Below, one piece after another: positions 58,352 to 64,000 of a stretch of 64,000 nt of DNA. Origin of the DNA: a bacterium (lineage in GTDB: Bacteria; UBA8248); NCBI GenBank assembly GCA_965261085.1, contig OZ253442.1, positions 3,360,001-3,424,000 of the forward strand, written 5' to 3'. Positions within the stretch are counted from its first letter, which is position 1. Each line of letters opens with the position of its first letter. A program made the translations under genes and the position numbers. The notes under the pieces were generated by a model. That model made no database searches, was not told the origin of the DNA, and saw nothing but the letters and a program-made list of their open reading frames with translations.

Positions 58352-59220
58352 GATACGTATTTTCCAATCAGGTGACGGAGACGTTCTTTCGTCTCACTCG
58401 GCATGCGGGCCGGATCGGTCATGATGGCCGTCGCCAAAGAGCCGGCGAAGGGACTCTCGCCATCGATTTCGGGCGCCGCCTCCTTGATGATCTCCTGTGC
58501 GAGGACCGCGTTGCGCCTCACGAGGGCGACCACGGCCTCCACACTCACCGCCTCTTCCTCCTCATGCCAGCAGTCATAATCCGTCGCCAGCGCGATAGTG
58601 GCGTAGCTCATCTCCGCCTCGCGCGCGAGCTTGGCCTCGGGCATGTTCGTCATGCCGATGATCGAAGCGCCCCAATCGCGGTAGCGGAAACTCTCCGCCC
58701 GGCTGCTGAACTGGGGACCCTCCATGCACACGTACGTGCCGCTCCAGTGCGCCGTCGCGCCAGCCCGAACGGCTGAGCCCATCAGTATCTCGCTCAAAAC
58801 CCCGCATACCGGGTCCGCCATGGAAACATGGGCCACAATGCCATCGCCGAAAAACGTGCTCACGCGCGTCTTGGTGAGATCGATGAACTGGTCGGGAATC
58901 ACGATGTCGCCCGGATGAATGTCTTCTTTCAGACTGCCCACCGCGCTGACGGATATGAGCCACTCCACACCCAACTGCTTGAATCCATGGATGTTGGCCC
59001 GGAAAGGAATCTCGTTCGGCAGGAACACGTGCCCTCTCCCGTGCCTCGGTAAAAACGCGATTCGCTTGCCGGAGAGTGTCCCCAGAACATAGGGGGCTGA
59101 GGGCGCGCCGTAGGGCGTATCCAAGGAGCGTTCTTCCACTTCGCTCAACTCAGCCATCTCATAGAGGCCGCTGCCGCCGATGACTCCGATATTCGCTTCA
59201 GCCACTCTTGTATTCCCCAT
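58348..59220 (-). CDS. mtnP: S-methyl-5'-thioadenosine phosphorylase
   Basis: [41 protein letters not shown]. Confidence 0.95.
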   Translation of the reverse strand: MGNTRVAEANIGVIGGSGLYEMAELSEVEERSLDTPYGAPSAPYVLGTLSGKRIAFLPRHGRGHVFLPNEIPFRANIHGFKQLGVEWLISVSAVGSLKEDIHPGDIVIPDQFIDLTKTRVSTFFGDGIVAHVSMADPVCGVLSEILMGSAVRAGATAHWSGTYVCMEGPQFSSRAESFRYRDWGASIIGMTNMPEAKLAREAEMSYATIALATDYDCWHEEEEAVSVEAVVALVRRNAVLAQEIIKEAAPEIDGESPFAGSLATAIMTDPARMPSETKERLRHLIGKYVS

Positions 59221-59226
59221 CCATCG

Positions 59227-60237
59227 CTACTTCACCGGGGTGGTCCGGAGCATTCCCTTCTCTATCAGCGCCTCGGCTATCTGCACCGCATTGAGCGCAG
59301 CGCCTTTTCTCAAGTTATCCGCCACCACCCACAGGTTGAGGGTATTTTCCTGAGAATCATCCCGGCGTATGCGGCCGACATACACCGGATCCTCCCCATC
59401 CGCATCCTTAGGCATGGGGTATGAGAATGATTCCACGTCATCCACTACCTCCACACCCGGGGCGCGCGCCAGAAGCGCCCTCGCCTCCTCGGGTGAAACG
59501 GACTCTTCGAACTCCACGTTCACCGATTCTGAGTGCGCGTTAAAAACGGGCACTCGCACACAGGTTGCGCTAACGGCCAGATGAGGCGCGCCCATAATCT
59601 TTCGCGTCTCATCGACCATCTTCTTCTCTTCTTTCGTATGGCCGCCTTCCAGGAAAACGTCGATATGGGGCAGGCAGTTGAAGGCGATCTCATGGGGCAT
59701 TTTCTTGGGAGCCGCGGTGTCGCCCTTGATTTGCGCCTGCATCTCGTCAATCGCGGCCTGCCCCGCGCCGCTCACCGCCTGATAGGTGCTCACCACTATC
59801 CGCTTGATGCGCGCTGCATCGTGAAGGGGCTTGAGCGCGACCACGAGTTGAATGGTGGAGCAATTCGGATTCGCGATGACTCCCCCGTGTGAGTCCAGCG
59901 CATCCACGTTCACTTCCGGCACCACCAGGGGAACGCCCTCATCCAGGCGAAAAGCGCTGGAGTTATCCACCACCACCGCCCCCGCCTTCACGGCGGCTGG
60001 CGCAAACTCCAGAGACCTAGAAGCGCCGCAGGAGAAAAGCGCCAGGTCCACTCCAACAAATGCGTCTTCCGTGAGCCGGCTTACAGTAAGCTCCGAGTCC
60101 CGAAACGGAATTTTTCGCCCAACGCTGCGCTCGCTCGCGAGCAAAACGACTTCTTCGGCGGGAAATTTTCGCTCTTCTAGTATCCTGAGCATCTCCCGAC
60201 CCACGGCGCCCGTGGCTCCGGCGATGGCGACGCGCAT
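59227..60237 (-). CDS. asd: Aspartate-semialdehyde dehydrogenase
   Basis: GATGAVG, DNSSAFR, IANPNCSTIQ, CVRVPV, DNLRKGAALNAVQIAE. Confidence 0.97.
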   Translation of the reverse strand: MRVAIAGATGAVGREMLRILEERKFPAEEVVLLASERSVGRKIPFRDSELTVSRLTEDAFVGVDLALFSCGASRSLEFAPAAVKAGAVVVDNSSAFRLDEGVPLVVPEVNVDALDSHGGVIANPNCSTIQLVVALKPLHDAARIKRIVVSTYQAVSGAGQAAIDEMQAQIKGDTAAPKKMPHEIAFNCLPHIDVFLEGGHTKEEKKMVDETRKIMGAPHLAVSATCVRVPVFNAHSESVNVEFEESVSPEEARALLARAPGVEVVDDVESFSYPMPKDADGEDPVYVGRIRRDDSQENTLNLWVVADNLRKGAALNAVQIAEALIEKGMLRTTPVK

Positions 60238-60239
60238 CA

Positions 60240-61325
60240 CTATACCCCTCTCGCCAGAGCGGCGATGCGCGCTCCCATCTCGACGCAACCTACCGCTTTT
60301 GCGTCCGGCGTATGGATGTCCGGCGTTCTGAGCCCCTCATCGAGCGCTGCGGCCACGGCCGCCTCGATAGCTTCGGCCACGTCCACCCGCTTGAGCGAAT
60401 AGCGGCACAACATGGCGGCCGACATGATAGCCGCAATCGGGTTCGCCTTGTCCTGGCCGGCAATGTCCGGCGCCGTGCCATGCACCGGCTCGTACAAGCC
60501 GAAACCGGTCTCGTTCAGGTTCGCCGAGCCGAGCATGCCAATGGAGCCCGTGAGCATGGAGGCGCAATCGCTCAGGATGTCGCCGAACATGTTGCTCGTG
60601 ACGATAACGTCGAATTGCAGCGGGTCGCGAATCAACTGCATCGCCGCGTTGTCGACGTACATATGGCTGGTCTCGACTTCCGGGAACTCCCCGGCGACAT
60701 CTCCGGCGACCCTGCGCCACAGGCGGCTGTTGTCGAGAACGTTTTCCTTATCCACCGAGCAAAGTATTTTTTCCCGCACGGAGGCCAATTCGAACGCGAG
60801 GCGAACGATTTGGCGAATCTCACCCGTGGTATACGTCATCGTGTCAACCGCTTTTTCCTCATCCGGCGAGAGCCGCTCGATGCCCCTGGGCTGGCCGAAG
60901 TAAATGCCGCTCACGCCCTCGCGCACGACGAGGAGATCCAGGCCTCGAACCACCTCGGGCTTGAGCGAGGAGGCCTCCACCAGCGGATCGAACATGACGG
61001 CGGGCCTCAAATTGGCGAACAGATTCAACTCTTTCCTCAAACCCAGGATGGCCTGCTCGGGGCGTTTGTCGCGAGAGAGCGCATCCCACTTCGGACCTCC
61101 CACTGCGCCGAATAGTCCTGCGTCGCTCCGGCGGCAGAGGGCGAGGGTTTCCTCGGGAAGAGGCTCTCCAGTCGCGTCATAAGCCGAGCCGCCGCAAAGC
61201 CCTTGCTCGAACTCGAAACTCGCGCCGAAGCGAGCGCCCGCCGCCTCCAATACTGAGCGCGCCTGCGCCACCACCTCCTGGCCGATGCCGTCGCCCGGCA
61301 AAACGGCTATCCGATAACTACTCAC
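60240..61325 (-). CDS. leuB: 3-isopropylmalate dehydrogenase
   Basis: PGDGIG.EV, GAVGGPKWD, NMFGDILSD, YEPVHG.APDIAG. Confidence 0.97.
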   Translation of the reverse strand: MSSYRIAVLPGDGIGQEVVAQARSVLEAAGARFGASFEFEQGLCGGSAYDATGEPLPEETLALCRRSDAGLFGAVGGPKWDALSRDKRPEQAILGLRKELNLFANLRPAVMFDPLVEASSLKPEVVRGLDLLVVREGVSGIYFGQPRGIERLSPDEEKAVDTMTYTTGEIRQIVRLAFELASVREKILCSVDKENVLDNSRLWRRVAGDVAGEFPEVETSHMYVDNAAMQLIRDPLQFDVIVTSNMFGDILSDCASMLTGSIGMLGSANLNETGFGLYEPVHGTAPDIAGQDKANPIAAIMSAAMLCRYSLKRVDVAEAIEAAVAAALDEGLRTPDIHTPDAKAVGCVEMGARIAALARGV

Positions 61326-61343
61326 CAAAAACTCTCCTCTTTC

Positions 61344-61952
61344 TTATTTCGTTTCGCTTTCGAAATTCGTGACGTACGGCAGGCGTTGCGCCACCTCCTC
61401 GACGCGGGGCAGGTTTCCCCGTAAATTGGTGAGCAAATCCCACGTGCCGGATAAAAATGCGTTTTTGCGCGTCTCCTGAATCTCGATGGATATAACGCGC
61501 TCGCCGAAGCTGACCGTGGAATTCCTGATGTCCACGGTGAAGCGCGTCTTCGGCTCGTCCTGCGCCTGTTTGATCAACTCATGCACGTCATCCGCCGACG
61601 CCACACCGAGCGGCACTCCGATGGCGAAGCAGTTTCCCGCAAAAATCTCCGCGAACGATATGCCGACGAGCACCTCGATGCCGAAGCGCTTGAGCGCCTG
61701 CGGGGCGTGCTCGCGCGAGGAGCCCGAACCGAAGTTCGTGCCCACGAACATCATGTTGGCCCCTTTGTGGGCGGGGTTGTCCACGGGATGATCGGGCGTA
61801 TTCTCACGCTCATCGCAGAACAGGGCCTTCTCGATGCCTTCGAAGGTAATGGACTTGAGAAACCTCGCCGGCGTGATTCTGTCGGTATCGATGTCGTCAC
61901 GCGGCATGGGAATGGCCTTGCCCACGATTTTTTCGATCTTCTTCGTGCTCAT
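61344..61952 (-). CDS. leuD: 3-isopropylmalate dehydratase small subunit
   Basis: DIDTDRI.PARFL, NFGSGSSREHAPQAL, SFAEIF. Confidence 0.97.
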   Translation of the reverse strand: MSTKKIEKIVGKAIPMPRDDIDTDRITPARFLKSITFEGIEKALFCDERENTPDHPVDNPAHKGANMMFVGTNFGSGSSREHAPQALKRFGIEVLVGISFAEIFAGNCFAIGVPLGVASADDVHELIKQAQDEPKTRFTVDIRNSTVSFGERVISIEIQETRKNAFLSGTWDLLTNLRGNLPRVEEVAQRLPYVTNFESETK

Positions 61953-61954
61953 GC

Positions 61955-63361
61955 TTATTCTCCCATCTCTCTGGGGTCCGCGATGCAGCCGGCAATCGCC
62001 GATGAGACGACAACGGCCGGGCTGCCCAGGTGGGTTCTTCCTCGCGGACTGCCCTGGCGTCCGATGAAATTGCGATTCGAGGTGGAAATGCTTCTTTCCG
62101 CGCCCACGAGCTTGTCCGGGTTCATCCCCAGACACATCGAGCATCCCGCTTCGCGCCACTCCGCACCCGCTTCGGTGAAAATTTCGTGCAACCCCTCTTC
62201 CTCGGCCTGCTTCTTCACCTGCTGGGAGCCGGGCACCACCAGCATCCTGACGCTGGGGTGCACCTTGTTTCCCTTGATCAGCCGCGCGCCCTCGCGCAAG
62301 TCGGAGATTCTCGAATTCGTGCAGGAACCCAGAAACGCGACGTCGACTCTCGTGCCTAAAATCGCCTCGCCCGGCTTGAGGCCCATGAATTCATAGCCGT
62401 GTTCCGCAGTCTTCCTGTCCTCGCCCGCGAAGCTGTTCACCTCGGGGAGCGGCTCTGAAATCCCGACCGAATGCCCCGGATTGATCCCCCAGGTCACCAT
62501 CGGCTCGATGGATTCTCCCGCTATCTCGTAGATATCGTCATATTCCGCGTCATCGCCCGAGGCGATCTCGCGCCAATATTCCAAGCCTCTCTCCCAGGCT
62601 TCTCCCTCGGGGCTGAACTCGCGGCCCTCGAGATAATCGAACGTCGTCTGGTCCGGATTCACGTAGCCGATGCGGGCGCCGCCCTCGATGCTCATATTGC
62701 AGACCGTCATGCGCCCTTCCATCGACATGTCGTCAAAAACGTCGCCGCCGTATTCATAGGCGAAGCCCAGGCCGCCCTTGATGCCCAGATCGTGAATGAC
62801 CCGCAAAGTCACGTCCTTGGGCGTCACGCCGGGGCCGAGAGAACCCGTGACTTCTATCCGCTTCACTTTCATGCGGTTCAGCGCCAAGGTCTGGGTCGCC
62901 AGGACATGGCCCACCTCGGTCGTGCCGATGCCGAAACCCAGAGAACCCATCGCGCCGTGCGTACTCGTGTGGCTGTCGCCGCAGGCGATGGTCATGCCGG
63001 GCTGGCTCAGCCCCAACTCGGGGCCGATGACGTGAACGATGCCCTGCTTGCCGGTATCGAGATGCAGAAAGCGGACGCCGAATTCATTCACGTTCTGCTC
63101 CAGAGCGGCCATCATCTTCTCGGCCTGCACGTCCTCGTAGGGCCTGATCTGGCTGAGCGTGGGGATGATATGGTCCACCGTCCCCATCGTGCGGTCGGGG
63201 AAAGCGACGCCGGCGCCGATTTCCTTGAGCATCCCGAACGCCTGTGGCGTGGTGACTTCATGGATGAGGTGCAGGCCGATGAATATCTGATCCTGGCCCG
63301 AATCGAGTTTGGCCACCGTGTGGGAATCCCAAACCTTATCGTACAGCGTGTTTTTCGACAT
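61955..63361 (-). CDS. leuC: 3-isopropylmalate dehydratase large subunit
   Basis: [47 protein letters not shown]. Confidence 0.97.
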   Translation of the reverse strand: MSKNTLYDKVWDSHTVAKLDSGQDQIFIGLHLIHEVTTPQAFGMLKEIGAGVAFPDRTMGTVDHIIPTLSQIRPYEDVQAEKMMAALEQNVNEFGVRFLHLDTGKQGIVHVIGPELGLSQPGMTIACGDSHTSTHGAMGSLGFGIGTTEVGHVLATQTLALNRMKVKRIEVTGSLGPGVTPKDVTLRVIHDLGIKGGLGFAYEYGGDVFDDMSMEGRMTVCNMSIEGGARIGYVNPDQTTFDYLEGREFSPEGEAWERGLEYWREIASGDDAEYDDIYEIAGESIEPMVTWGINPGHSVGISEPLPEVNSFAGEDRKTAEHGYEFMGLKPGEAILGTRVDVAFLGSCTNSRISDLREGARLIKGNKVHPSVRMLVVPGSQQVKKQAEEEGLHEIFTEAGAEWREAGCSMCLGMNPDKLVGAERSISTSNRNFIGRQGSPRGRTHLGSPAVVVSSAIAGCIADPREMGE

Positions 63362-63416
63362 GGCATTACCCTCGAAATGATCTACAGATTCTTACGCGTC
63401 ATATTGAAATTGAAAG

Positions 63417-64000
63417 TCAAGAAACCGTTTTTGAGCGATCGAGACCTTCCCGCAAAGAAGCGACGTAATCGCGCGCCGCCCGTAGCTTGTCCTCGCGCGT
63501 CGCCTGCGCCTCCATGACGTCTATCAGGGCGCTGCCCACGATGACGCCATCGGCGTGACCGGCCACTTCCGCCGCCTGTTTGGGCGTCTTGATTCCGAAC
63601 CCCACGAGAACAGGCCGGTTCTTCACCCGGTTGATCCGCGACAGGGTGGCGCCCAAATCCGAATCCAGTGCGTCTCGCGCACCGGTGACTCCCATCTGCC
63701 CGACGTAGTAGATGAAACCGCCGCCCACGTCGTTCACCAGTTCGATCCGATGTTCGGTGCTCGTGGGCGCGAGCATGAAGACGGGCTCGAGCGGATAGTC
63801 GTTCATAATTTCTACTAGAGGACTCGCTTCTTCGGGCGGCAGGTCGGGCACGATGACGGCGTCGGCCCCCACCTGAGATGCGCCGCGCACGAACTCCGCC
63901 AAGCCCATGGCGATGATGGGGTTGTAATACGTCATCAGAACCAGGGGCGTATCGGGTATTTCCGCACGTACCTCGCCCACCATTTTCAGGACGCCGCTCA
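63417..64000 (-). CDS. trpA: Tryptophan synthase alpha chain (5' end outside the window)
   Basis: LMTYYNPI, IVPDLPPEE, LAPTS, GVTGAR, VGFGI, DGVIVGSA. Confidence 0.95.
   Translation of the reverse strand, partial: SGVLKMVGEVRAEIPDTPLVLMTYYNPIIAMGLAEFVRGASQVGADAVIVPDLPPEEASPLVEIMNDYPLEPVFMLAPTSTEHRIELVNDVGGGFIYYVGQMGVTGARDALDSDLGATLSRINRVKNRPVLVGFGIKTPKQAAEVAGHADGVIVGSALIDVMEAQATREDKLRAARDYVASLREGLDRSKTVS

Overview
GC-rich bacterial chromosome segment; the host cannot be identified from this window. About 45 kb is accessory catabolic and transport genes: hydantoinase, TRAP/TAXI, three LLM oxidoreductases plus a PPOX protein, four Gfo/Idh/MocA proteins, three amidase-signature enzymes, a BisC-type molybdoenzyme, AcuI and a DgdA-like PLP enzyme. 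The right end is a housekeeping block (trpA-leuC-leuD-leuB-asd-mtnP-hemL-ftsB-tRNA-fMet). Main highlights: (1) a ~9.5 kb element integrated at the 3' end of tRNA-fMet (47037-56538), with a P4-type integrase, AlpA and a head-only packaging module (TerL, HNH, capsid, apparently tandem-domain prohead protease, connector, portal), but no tail genes and no recognisable replication or TerS gene; (2) a 3.1 kb IS1595-family transposon with 24-bp TIRs and a frameshifted transposase, carrying small secreted/membrane proteins (including a YHYH-type peptide) and two convergent putative small RNAs, one with riboswitch/attenuator-like architecture; (3) an AhpD-like selenoprotein (CxxU plus SECIS-like hairpin) split in the ORF track; (4) a single-chain triple-RidA protein; (5) an amidohydrolase-fold oxygenase/Rieske pair; (6) a PiT-GOLPH3/Vps74 gene pair beside a decayed integrase. 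All calls are from reading the sequence by eye; no searches were run.
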